Assembly (NCBI GenBank): GCA_973895155.1
Contig: OZ316894.1
Location: forward strand, 20,962,451-21,026,450
From: Marsupella aquatica
Lineage: Eukaryota; Plantae; Marchantiophyta
DNA: 64,000 bases
Direction of reading: 5' to 3'
The notes beneath the pieces were generated by a model that was not told the origin of the DNA, did no database searches, and saw nothing but the letters and a program-made list of their open reading frames with translations. Of this stretch, positions 52,481 through 64,000 are shown in pieces (within the stretch, counting starts at the first letter, position 1; each line of letters starts with the position of its first letter). Both the position numbers and the translations under genes were made by a program.

Positions 52481-54229
52481 ACCTGACGGCAAACGAAAAG
52501 AGCATGAGAAGGTTCTCCCAAGCTCCAAGGAGGGACTTCTCAAGGCAAAGCACAAACTCCGTCATCCAGTTGTGATGATCGCAGCCGTCACAGCGTGGAC
52601 TCGATTGTACCTGTATCTGATGGCTTGGGCCACCTAAGGCTGCCACGTACTGGACTCTTAGGATGGCACTTGTAACGTTTTATAGCCAAAGTAGACAAGA
52701 TGGTCACTTCTTGTTCTAAAGATAGACTCTAGACCAAATGCAAATCCCTCGAATTGTCACTTCTTGTTCCTAAAGAGACTCCAGACAAAATGCAAATCCC
52801 TTGAAGCAAGGAGTCAACGTTCGGACCACGCATGAAGTTGAAACTCCATATCAGCATTTAGTTGGGCTTGCTCTTAGAATAGTACATGGCAAGGAGTGGG
52901 CCTGGTAGAAAATTACATAAACACTCCACATCAGCATTTAGTTGGGCGTGCTCTTAGAACAGTACATGGCAAGGAGTGGGCCCACCTAAATGCTGATGTG
53001 GAGTGTTTATGCTCTCTATAATTTTTCTACCACTGAAGTGATGCTCCAAACTTTGACTCCTTCCTTCAAGGGATTTTGGTCTGGAATCTGTCTTTATTCG
53101 AAAGTCATGGAAAATGAAGAAATGAAGCTCATATATATGCAGATAACTTTATTCCATGTGAGCCCCATCTAACCCCGCAGATGAAGGATACCTGCAGCAC
53201 AAACATCACAAAGGGCCTGGCAAGGTCTGATAGAAGAGATTCAAAAATTCAATATTCCTTTCCATAGTATCAAATCTATGAAAATGAAAGACTCCCTAGA
53301 CACAAAAGTTGGTTCTGGAGACCAGGATAGACACACTCAAACCCTTGTGTAGCAAAACAAGAGCAATGTATCTTGAAAAAAGTGAAACTCATGTCAAGGG
53401 AGTAAAATTTAAAATTTGGTGTGGGTCATCAGGATGTCTGAGTTCATCCAAGCACCTTGTTAAACCTTGTGTCTATCTGGGCTCATTTTATTTTCCATTT
53501 TTTAGAACAAACTGAAGCTCCCAAAGCTGCAATGTTTGACAAAATGCTTAGATCCATTGTCAAAACTCGCATAAATAGTTATTTTAGTATTTTAGTATTT
53601 GTCATATTTGATTATGTATATTGCTTTAATAATCAGAGGTCTTTCCATCTACTTAGGAGCCTGCTGTTTCATACCAAATTTCACCGTTTTCTCAAGTGAT
53701 TTGTCTGAGAATGTATTTCCTAAAAGTGAACAACTACCTAGTACAGTTGAGCAAATAGGTCAGGGAGGAATTGTTTGAAATATGGCACTCCTCTTGGTGC
53801 CAAGCTTTTAGTGAAAAACATACCATGAGTTATAAGAGAATTTTCTTTGCAAACCTCCTACTTGAGTCGGTAGAATTTGGAATGCCATGGACATTTAGTA
53901 TTTGTTCTTGAAAATGGAAGGGAAAGCGTGCCCTAGAACTACCATTGCATAACTGGCAGGAGTTCTCAGACAGGGGAAAACCTCACCTTCACTAATCAGA
54001 AGAGGAAAACAACAGCCCTAGTAAGGGCAAAACATCAAAAGGCCCAAAGCCCTGTCACCGATGGGGCAAAGGATGAGCAAAATGCCCAGTGGCAAGAAGC
54101 TGATAGGGTATCTCAATCCTTCTCAATTCTTGAGCAGTACGCTAACAGGTTCTGGTCATAACATCTGACGATAACTATTCTTGTCGTTAGGTGAAACCTT
54201 TTATTTTTTATCTGAGATTTATGGACATC

Positions 54230-54763
54230 TGTCGTGACATATAGTATCGTAGCCATAGTGTATCAAAAACATACAAGTCACCGGCAATGCATATGTGCAA
54301 GCTGCTAGCAACCAACATGCATAGAAAAAGTCCAATCACATTCCCAAGTGCCAAGAAAAAACAACTGAGGTGGTATGTACGTAGTGGAGGTGTAAACCTC
54401 TGTATATAAAAGGCGTGATAGAAACAAGTGTACTGAAATCGAATCAAAAACCGGCAGGATGCCAAGATCGGTCGGGAGCATCTAACGAATCACTGTGTGA
54501 ATCCCGTGTACGGAACCGACGAGCACTGTCTGAGCTCTGTCAACAGCGTTCAAGAAGAACTGAAAACCGACAAAGAAAGACATGCCCTAAGTAGATCAAG
54601 TCAAGGCGTCACACTAACAAGCACATTTTGCTTCAAGAACGGCCCAGACTTGCTACAAGAACATGACACTAACTCAAGTAGTACACTAGCCCTAACTACA
54701 TACCTAGCGGGCATGCGAGGGACATGCCGATGTGCACAAGCGGCACTGTCCCTCGGCATGACA
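54230..54763 (+). mobile_element. LTR (534 bp)
   Basis: TGTCGTG...CATGACA ends; TATATAAAAGG at ~54403. Confidence 0.8.
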
Positions 54764-54765
54764 GT

Positions 54766-54941
54766 TGTCGTGACATATAGTATCGTAGCCATAGTGTATC
54801 AAAAACATACAAGTCACCGGCAATGCATATGTGCAAGCTGCTAGCAACCAACATGCATAGAAAAAGTCCAATCACATTCCCAAGTGCTAAGAAAAAGCAA
54901 CTGAGGTGGTATGTACGTAGTGGAGGTGTAAACCTTTGTAT
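54766..54941 (+). mobile_element. Second, truncated copy of the same LTR in direct tandem
   Basis: Near-identical to 54230-54405; separated from the first LTR by only GT. Confidence 0.85.
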
Positions 54942-57900
54942 CCCCCCCAGACCACAGTCACAAGGAGGGCTGAGGAAAAGTCAGGTGGCATGTGGAGCAC
55001 AGGAAGGGCAAAACCATAACCCTTCTGGCACCTGGGTAAGTTCAGCCCGCAGGCAGAAAAGATGGTACCCTCCATTGCAATTATCACATAGCAGCATCTG
55101 GTCAGCATCGTCAATTCGCAAACACACTTTGCAAGGGTAGTCCACAAGTGGAATCCAGGTAGAAGTCACAATGGTGGGATCCAGGTTAGGCAGATGACAA
55201 GGGGTGCAATTCTTGGCATTGTCAGCAATTGTGCGCCCATCTGCCCCTTGTAACTCTAGCACTCCAGATGGTCGAATAGCTTTAACCCTGAGAATAGTAC
55301 GACTGGTAGAGGTGTCCAGGGTGTCATTAGCTTGCCGCTGCAAGTACACAAAATCTCCCACATCAAACTTCCTGACCTTGGGCTGAAAAGTGCCCCCTCG
55401 CGTGTGTGCATAACGCAGTGTGTCCCTATGTTGTGCAATGGCCAAATTCTCCATGGCCATGGGCATAACCCTCCTGAATAGGGCAGCCCTCTCAGAGATC
55501 ACATCAGACCAAGTCACAGCTGAATCCAAGTCCACCACCTGAAGCATGTGAGCAGCAATAGCAGAAGGTGGAAGTGGGTGACGACCAAACAACAAGAAGT
55601 AGGGAGAAAAGTTAGACAATGATGCATGTCTAGACATCCTATACCCCATGGCAATGTAGGGTAAGGCCAGGTCCCAATCCTCCTTGTTTTTGGTGAGGCA
55701 AATCTTCCGGAGACCCTTCTTGCATGTCTGAACGATGCGCTCTGCCAAGCCATCTGCCTGTGGGTGATCTCGTGATGTCCGGCGATGATCAATGAGGGCC
55801 TGATCAAGCAGCTCCTGGAACTCTCCTCTAAACTCTGAGCCCTGGTCAGTGAGACATTCTGCACAAGCTCCAAAGCGGCTGAGAACTTGTTGCAGGAATG
55901 CCTGGCTGGTGCTACGGGAGGTCTTATCTGGCAATGCCACAAGTTCTATCCACTTGGAGAAATGCTCTATCATGATCATGATGTAGAGATTACCCCGAGA
56001 TGTGAGGGGTAATTCTCCAGCCAAATCACATGACCAACAATAAAACATGCCCTGAATAGGGAGTGGATGAAGTGTGGGTTGCCAAGATGTGAAAGAAGTC
56101 CTTACCCTATCACATTGCTCACACCGGGCAATAACATCTCGAACCTGGCCATGCATGCCTCTCCAATGATAATGAGAGACCAAGAGGCTGTAAGTCCTCT
56201 TAACGCCAAAATGACCAAGCTCAGAATGTACCTTACGGATAAGGCCAACCCTCTCATGAATGGGTGGAACCACCACTTCCCTATCTGGCAAGCAGCGCAC
56301 AAGATGATCTCCCTTCCACAAGTAGCGCTTGGATCTTTGCTGAATTCGGTCTCTCTGGGCAGCAGTAACATGGGTGGGGTACTCTCCATGCTGCAGAAAT
56401 CTCAGAGTGTCGTTGTCCTCCCATATGTCCACCACAGGTTGGTCAACAACGTAGCATGGCAGCAAAGCAAGATAGGTAGATGCATGAAATGTAGGCAGGA
56501 TGGAAACCTGGTCAAAATCCTGCCGTGCATCTGAGGAATCATCAAAGGCAATCAAAGGGCTGCGGGACATAGTGTCAGCATTTTGATGTGTCACACCAGG
56601 CCTATGAATTACCTCAAAATCATACTCCTGGAGTATGAGCGCCCAACGAGCAAGCTTGCCAATAAGCTTGTCGTTGGTCATCAACCACTTCAAGGGCTGG
56701 TGGTCGGTGTAGAGGACAAACCTGGTCCCATAGAGGTAGGGCCTGTAATGTATGACAGCCCACACAATAGCAAGGCATTCACCCTCATAAGAAGAATAAT
56801 GACTCTCTGCCTGATTGTTGCTCCTGGATGCATAGGCAATGACATACTCTTTACCTTCCTCATCATGCTGGCCCAGAATGGCACCAATCCCAAGGGCACT
56901 CCAATCTATGTGTAACACAAAGACCTTGCTGAAATCAGGTCTTCTCAGCATAGGGTATTCTGAGAGCTTCTCCTTCAAAGTGGCAAATGCTGCCTCAGCA
57001 TCTGTACTCCATGTCCAAGTCACATTCTTTTTCAACAAAGCATACAATGGGTGTGCAATGGTACTGAAATCTTTGATGTAGATCCGGTAGTAATTGCACA
57101 ACCCAATAAAACACCTCAAAGTGTGAACATCGGTAGGAGTGGGCATTTCCAAGATGGATACCACCTTGGCCCAGTGAGCCATGGTTCCATTTGGAAGAAT
57201 GCGATGCCCAAGATATACTACTGATCTGACAGCAAATTCACACTTCTTGGGGTGTATCTTTAGGTTCACCTTCTTAAGCCTCATGGATAGCTCCTCAAGG
57301 TCAAGTAGATGCTGGTCAAATCATTTGCTGTGGACCAACACATCATCAATGTAGCATTTCAGAAACTCAGCACCTTGAAGAACCTGGGCCATGACTCTTT
57401 GAAAGAATATGGGCGCATTCTTCAAGCCAAATGGCATCACCAACCACTCCCATAGTTGGTTACTACCATGGAAAGCTATTTTCTTGCGGTCCTTTGCAAG
57501 CAGCAAAATCTGGTTAAAGCCTTGCCTTAGATCCACAAGAGTGAAGATGTCTGAGTCTCCAATGCTGTCAAATAGCTCCTCTGGCCATGGCATGGGGTAC
57601 CTGTCCTGGGGTGTGACCAGGTTTAGTGGCCTATAGTCCCCACACATGCGCTTCTCTGTCCACAATCCACTGGAATCCTTCTTTGCTGGCATCACTGTAG
57701 CTGCTGCAAAATCTGATGTAGATGGCTGAATAAGACCAGCTTCATATAACTCTTGGCACCTCTCATCCACCAGCTGCCACTCATGCTTACTCAAACGGTG
57801 TCTTCGCCTGAAGATAGGTGTTTCATCAGCCAACTCAATGGAGAGCTGCATAGTCTTGCACTTACCCAAGTCCTTCATAGAGAAAGCAAACACATTCTCA

Positions 57901-58706
57901 TGCTTGAGGAGCAAATTCAGCAGCTGGTCCTTCTGTCTTTTACTCAGGTGGTTGCCCATGATGAATGTGTAGTTGGCAACACTAGGAATAGGACCTGATG
58001 TACTCGTACTTGAAGAGCCAGAAGTGCTAGCCTCTCCACTTTCCAAGCTGCTAGCATGCTGCTGATAAGGTGATGAGGCCTCTCCAAGGCCTGTTGTACC
58101 TACTGATCTGGGTTGGTCCACACCATGAAACTCAGAAATAATATCAGCCACATTACAAGGGACCTCCTCCCCCCCAACACTTGGACTGAAGTAGTGAGTG
58201 TTGAATAGAGGTAAGTGCACCTGGTCGGGATGCCATGTAGCAGCACCATGGAGTGGTAGAGCTGGAACTCCAGATGCTGGATGAATGTACATCTGAAAAA
58301 GGATGCAAGTGACCAGAAGCCAAGTGAGAGCATTAAGATCCATTACCCTGCCAAGTAAAGCATTCCTGGCCAGCCTGGTGATCTGGGTGTGACCTGTAGT
58401 ACCGGATTGGAAGCCCATAGCCCGTTCTCTCTCCTCAGGACTAGGTTCATCCCAAGTACCGGTAGAATGTCGATAAACCAAGCCAGGACCATCACCCTGA
58501 AAGGCATGTGCACCTAGAAAGGATACAAATGTAGGCCAAGCAGCATGGGGCTGTCCAATGGTATTGGCTGGATACCAAGGTGCTGGCTCTTGCCGTGTAA
58601 TTGGTTGGCAAGAACTGTCAGGATCCAAAATCTGGTCCACTGTGAGGTTAGTGTCCCTGAATGTGTGGTGAAGAGCTAAGAACTGTGTCCAGGTTGTTGC
58701 AAACAC
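54942..58706 (-). mobile_element. Ty3/Gypsy pol: (truncated DNMT)-RT-RNaseH-integrase-PHD
   Basis: ORFs 57321-58706 and 54981-57284 are one frame with a single TGA. Motifs YIDD, IAYASR..YEGECLA..YTDHQPL, HSELGHFG..CEQC, TDQGSEF; C4HC3 PHD at 54999-55133; PPT-like GGGGGGGA at 54941-54948. No gag, protease or cognate LTR seen. Confidence 0.95.
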
Positions 58707-58709
58707 ACA

Positions 58710-60060
58710 AGGTCAGAAATCTTTTTAACAAGCACCTGCTGTTCTTAGTATCAATATAGTACATATAGTGCACTGTGGGTCATAATGCCCTGAAAAACAA
58801 GGAGTTGAGGTCAAGTCTTGAGGGGCTGTTATTGCCTAGAATGCTCTGGTAAAAGGGCATTGATACACTGTCTTGAAGAACCCTAAGAGTACACTGACAC
58901 ACTGCTTTTTCATTTTTGAAAGAGGGGAATCCCCCTTAATCCAAAAGTGATGCTCACATGTGTGTGTGAACAATGCAACCCCCAGAAACTATGACACCTT
59001 TACACTTTCATTCACCTTTACACTTTCATTCATTGACACCCTTCCAACTTCCAAAAATAAAATCAAGGGCAAAGTTTGGCCTTCAATATCTTCCTTCACA
59101 TCTGGAAGAATTGGCAATCTTGGGCTCATTCTAAATGCCTGAAAATATCTTTCCAACCAGTCTAATATCTATAGTTTTCGAGAATAATTGAGACTTATGA
59201 ATATTAAGAATCAGATCACTCCATGTCCTCCTTTACAGCTCCAAGTCTGCTAACTTCTACATTTAGTACCTGCATGAATATCCAATGGAATCTTCTTTCC
59301 TTGGGAGTTGGGAAACTCTAATTTAGTCAAATTCCATTGAGAATTGAGAGACTTACAGATTTCAAAAGTTAGTCTTGCTTTAGGCCACATTTCATTCATC
59401 TGTGTAATCTGTACTACCTGAGCAGAAAGAGGGTTTTACTGCAGCCCATCTCAGTAACAACATGGAGGTCCATCCAGGCTTCAACTTTCCCTAAATACAC
59501 ACCACTTCTTGACTAGATTGGGTGAATTTCCTCTGCTGATTTTGCCTGAGATCTCTGGACTAATACAGGCAAGCATTTGGCTCTCCTCCTGCTTTAGAGT
59601 TAGAAAAGTCAGCTTCCGTAAAGGTGTTGCTAAAGTGATATTCCAGAGATCCTTCTCAGAAAATTTGGCTAGTCTACGCAACATTAATTTAGATGGCAAG
59701 ATGCATTGAATTTGGTCAGGAGTATTATACGTGCATGAATGAACCTATGTTTGTGACCAGGTAAACTTAAAGTTACCAGGAGCTCAAACCTAAATCCATC
59801 ATAGTGATCATTTTAGTTTGGTCCTTGCCTTCATTTGTAAAACTAGGCCACCACTTTATGCACGACAGCCAACCCATAATGAGAACTCAGAGGAGTGGTC
59901 CCATGAGGTATGTTGTTTTTGCCCTCAATTCTATACTTCTTGCCCCTTATTCTCCAACCATTCCCTGATCTTTGGAATTCTTGGCGGTTGAGAAGTTGGT
60001 CTTTGAGGGTGCCTAGCAGGTGGTGCTGTATATATAGCATCAATTTAATTTGGGGGTTCC
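58710..60060 (-). mobile_element. Possible degraded LINE 3' remnant
   Basis: Broken frames including QCPFTRAF* near 58850, reminiscent of zf-RVT; weak evidence. Confidence 0.25.
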
Positions 60061-63000
60061 TTCAATATCTTGTCTAGCTAGAATCATACTGGCACATCTT
60101 AGAGACTTTGAGGGTTACCATTGGAGGCTATTCAAGGCTAATGTGATGTAAACTGATATTCTGTTCCGGACGTGGGTGCAGGGGAGAGGTAAAAATGCTT
60201 AAACCTAGGCGCACCATTGCCTTTTCGTAACAAAACAAGACAATACAAAAGCTATAGTTTGCATTTTGGGAGTTGAGGGATGTGAATTTTTCTAGTGGAG
60301 CTTCTTTTTTAAAATTATTTTTTTGGAAATTTTTCTAGTGGAGTTTTAATGTCATGTGGTAACATATGACCCAAAAGATGGGGAATCAATCTTACCATCA
60401 GCGAGAGCACACTTTTTTGTGGTTAAAATTTGCTAAGACTCCACCTCTCTGAAAGTCTTTACCACTTCTGGCAAAAATTTACTCTGTTCTTTTGCTCCCA
60501 TTAGCCAGTTTTCCTACCTACTCACATGGAGAATCTACTCCTATCTAGGGAGATCTGACACTACAAAATTAATCTAGGAAATTGTGGAAGGAATATTCCT
60601 GGCACCTCTCCTTTGACATTCCCCACCCTCGCCAAAAAGAAAAAAACCTTTAAAATGAAGCTGGTGAGGAGACCAAAGGGGTAACCTTACCAGCACCAGC
60701 AGTCAAGACAAGTAACCCTCCTCAATCCTGGCGGTGGTTATTAGAGCCACAGTCGGTGTAGTTGGGGACGGTGCCAGCGCTGGAGACCCCAAATGCTTCC
60801 TAACCAGACTTGACTGACCAAACCGTCACTAAACCAAACATCAACGGCTCGGTCGTAATCGGTGCCCACCATAATAAATTCACCTACTTGTCACTCCTAA
60901 AATCGACTGGATAAGCATAAAGTGAAATGAGAAATGGAAAATTAGAAATACTTTCCCCTGGACGCATTCCAATGCATAGATCGAGGCCGTTCGATGTGGG
61001 CCCGGATCACGACAGACGCCAGGGGTCGTCGATACTGGGCACATCTAACCAAAGTGGCCCCAGAGCTTCAAGGGGCTGTGCATCTGGTCGGGTTTCCGCC
61101 TCGCGGGGGACAATGGATTGGGCCCACTGTCTCTCTGCCTTCAGAAAGATGGCCCCTCTTATCTTTCAGCATTTTCGGACGTTGAAGCCGGACTGGGCTA
61201 CGGTGGTACAGTAATCTCCAGGTCCGCGCTCCCGAACGTTGGGACTTGGGAGAGTCTGTAGTACACTACTGTGCCACTACTACTGTACCGGTACAGTGCA
61301 GTACCTGGTGTACTGGTTTTTTGTTCCCAGTGTTTATTTATTGTTATCGACCGACGGGGTCTGTCGGGAGGGTTTGCCGGGAAAATCGTCTATTATTGAT
61401 TTGCCGGGCATCGTTTGGAGGCGCTCACCAAACACCCCGCCGTCCGGGAGTTTAGAGAGCTACCGTAGTTTGGTGCCCGTGCGTCCTGGTTAGTGAAGAG
61501 CATGATGACCAGCGTTTTTCTTTAACGTTTTTATTTTTTCGCCAGTGTGGCGAATGTCTTACTCCGTGTTACTTCTGAATTAATCTTGACCATTATATCT
61601 TCGTATAGTTTAGGGATGACCGTCAGATTCTGGTGAATGGGGTGTGGGAAACTCACTACTGTGATACAAACAATCTAGGGATGTTTTGCCAAAAGTGGCA
61701 AAAACCTTTCTGGGAGGTGGAATCTGGCAATATTTTGCATCTAAAAAATACCCTCCTGATGACCCTCCCCACCCATCGGGACAGAAAAAGCTCAAGTGGT
61801 CTCTGAACTAGTTGTACCATAGATGTCCAATAAGAACTGCTAAGGCTGATTCATAGTAGGCTATCCATCTTGGTGGGCTATGTCACACTAAGATGTGGAG
61901 TGGAGGATTGCTGGATTTAGTTAAAAATCAACTGTATGGTGGCAGAATGCGCATACTGGCCCGGTTTGCAGCATACAATGTACTACAATGATTTTCTGTG
62001 TAATCCAGATGTCTTGCAAAGGATTGATCTGTGGCATTGAGTGTGTCTTGTGATGGATTCATCCGGGCCATCCATAGTGTTTTCCAAGGGTGGGCACTCC
62101 AGGGTTTTTATTTTTGCAGGGCTTGGGGGAAATTGAAAACTGGTTTCCCCAACACTAAACTTATACCTAAGTTGGGTGTTTGCACTAAACTCATCCCTGG
62201 CTGGGCTTTTCGTGCAATGGATGTATTTGTCAGCTGGTTCATAGTTTTGAATAGGGGGTCTCAAAATAATCTTTTACAATCTATACCACATGTGTATAAA
62301 GTATGACTGAATATTTTCCTTCGGTCACCCCCATAAGCGTCTTATACAGACACAACTTTGAGACAATTTGCATGAGGCAATAGATAATAATTTACGGGAC
62401 TGTTGCTGCAACGAGAACAAGAGAATAGATGGAGTATCTAAAGGTACATTGCCACCCCCAAATGTAAAATTCAGAAATTAAATAAATTAAATAAAATCAA
62501 AAGTTTATATAAATTTTTAAAATGGGTAGTATGAAGAGCGTAGAACATATTGGTCATGATCCTTTGGTCCAGAATTTTCTGAACCAGTAAATTTGTGTCC
62601 AGAAATTTTGGAAATTAGTGACTCCAACCCAAAACTAAATTACGACCCCGCAAAGGCCACAGCCCATACGTCGGTTCAGGACCATTCCCGTACCTCCATC
62701 AATTCTCTGTCGGCCAGCCCGTGACACCCCCTCCGCCAAAGCAGGAGACGGTGACATGATAACCACACTCTCTGAATTGCAGGTGTAAAGGCAGTATGAC
62801 TGGGCCGTATAATGAACAAGGGGAGCGTAAACGGTAAAGTCATCACTGTAAGTCTGTAAATGACATGCCGGTGACAATGCCCGTGAACAAGACGAAAGGT
62901 GGCGGTGACATGGTAATCACATTTGGTTCTCATTGTAAAGTATGTCGTTATTGTTACGGTGGACTCTGTATTACGGGGCAGCAACTCGCAACCGGTACAC

Positions 63001-63169
63001 TGACAGCGTAAATGGGATGCCGGTGGCCTCTGTACCCGTCCCTCCGCCCCGCAAGCCGGCGAAAGGGCGAAAGGCCGAAGTCCACCCCATTCAAAATACA
63101 AAACGGGGGAGTCAGATGGCACATGTTACCGTTAACGCTCCGGTCCCTTCGATCGACCGACGGAGCTCT

Positions 63170-63620
63170 CCGTTCTCTTTCTCTCCCCCTCTCGTTTTCT
63201 TTCCGGGCCGAGGATTTCTTTTACTCGACCGAAAGCTTTGCACACGGAGAGAGAGAGAGCGAGAGAGAGAGAATTGTGTGGAATGAATGATTGCAAGAAT
63301 GATGAGTGTGATCGAGTGAGGTGGGGTGGTGGTGTCTTTGGCAGCAGCAGCAGAGCAGCTCGCAACGATTCTATTGCCTGGCCTGGCCTCCCTCAACGAC
63401 CAAAATCCGCCTCCCAACGGATAGTCGACTCACCCGTCGCTCGGTTCCCCAATTCTCTGATCCGACCACGCTCTCTGTGGCCTCTCCATGCCTCGATCCA
63501 AGCACCTGCCACTGCCTTGAAGAGCAGGTGCCCCAATGCGCCGATCTTTAGATTCACGATCCTCCCTCTTCTTCTCTCTATCTCCATCTCAATATCTCAA
63601 CTAGCAGCAGCTTGACTGAC
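63170..63620 (+). promoter_or_regulatory. Probable promoter/5'UTR of a gene beyond the window
   Basis: CT-rich patches, (GA)n tract at 63248-63271 and retained CpGs; no convincing ORF. Confidence 0.35.
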
Positions 63621-64000
63621 TTGTGACTGACTTGGCGACTTCATCATCTGCTTACTTGTGGTTCTGTTTGGAAGATTGTAGAGCGGATTCTCATCTTGTG
63701 ACTCGAATCCCGAGCTTTCCTGAGATTGCTTCCGTTTATAGTGGCTGAAGAACATTGTAACGGAGGTTAGTTGATGGTTGGTTTTCTTGCTCCGTTATTC
63801 TGGTCTCCATTGCGGTTTCCTTCACGGCATTTCGTCGGTCTTCTTCATATGCAGACCTTGCTGCTATCTCTTGAGCGAAGTAATTATGGGAAACCGAGCG
63901 GACGGGCCCGCATTTTGCACAGTAATCTTTCCTGTTAGTAGTGAGCTCGGATACTTGTAGGCCAGAGGGAGAGGGGGAACGCAGTAAGATTTATTGCGTC

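Noticed and set aside
57321-57323. Programmed readthrough between the two pol ORFs
   Set aside because: The stop lies inside RT just after YIDD, so it is best read as an ordinary nonsense mutation
62520-62640. Possible MULE TIR (repeated gtccaga motifs)
   Set aside because: No partner TIR or TSD in the window

Overview
Eukaryotic, intron-containing, TE-dense plant DNA. It is most likely from a bryophyte such as a liverwort or moss; this is inferred from the TE families and is not certain. Host genes: a 16-exon gamma-tubulin complex protein 4 (GCP4) gene (3371-9824, +) with three separate lesions, an intact receptor-like kinase (23107-28388, -) and a calmodulin-like EF-hand fragment. The rest is nested mobile DNA. 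(1) Two partial copies of a Ty3/Gypsy element whose pol carries the C-terminal motifs of a DNMT3/DRM-like cytosine methyltransferase in frame before RT, plus a PHD finger after integrase in the longer copy. (2) A ~10.5 kb PIF/Harbinger-superfamily element with an AAT target duplication, fungal-looking transposase and Myb-like genes, and 2-3 extra unknown ORFs. (3) A 4 kb TG...CA solo-LTR-like unit that itself contains a long ORF, plus two similar truncated units. (4) A Mutator-like end carrying an RPA1-like gene, solo LTRs, MITEs with 8-bp TSDs and many short tandem duplications. All homologies were judged by eye from recalled motifs; no searches were run.
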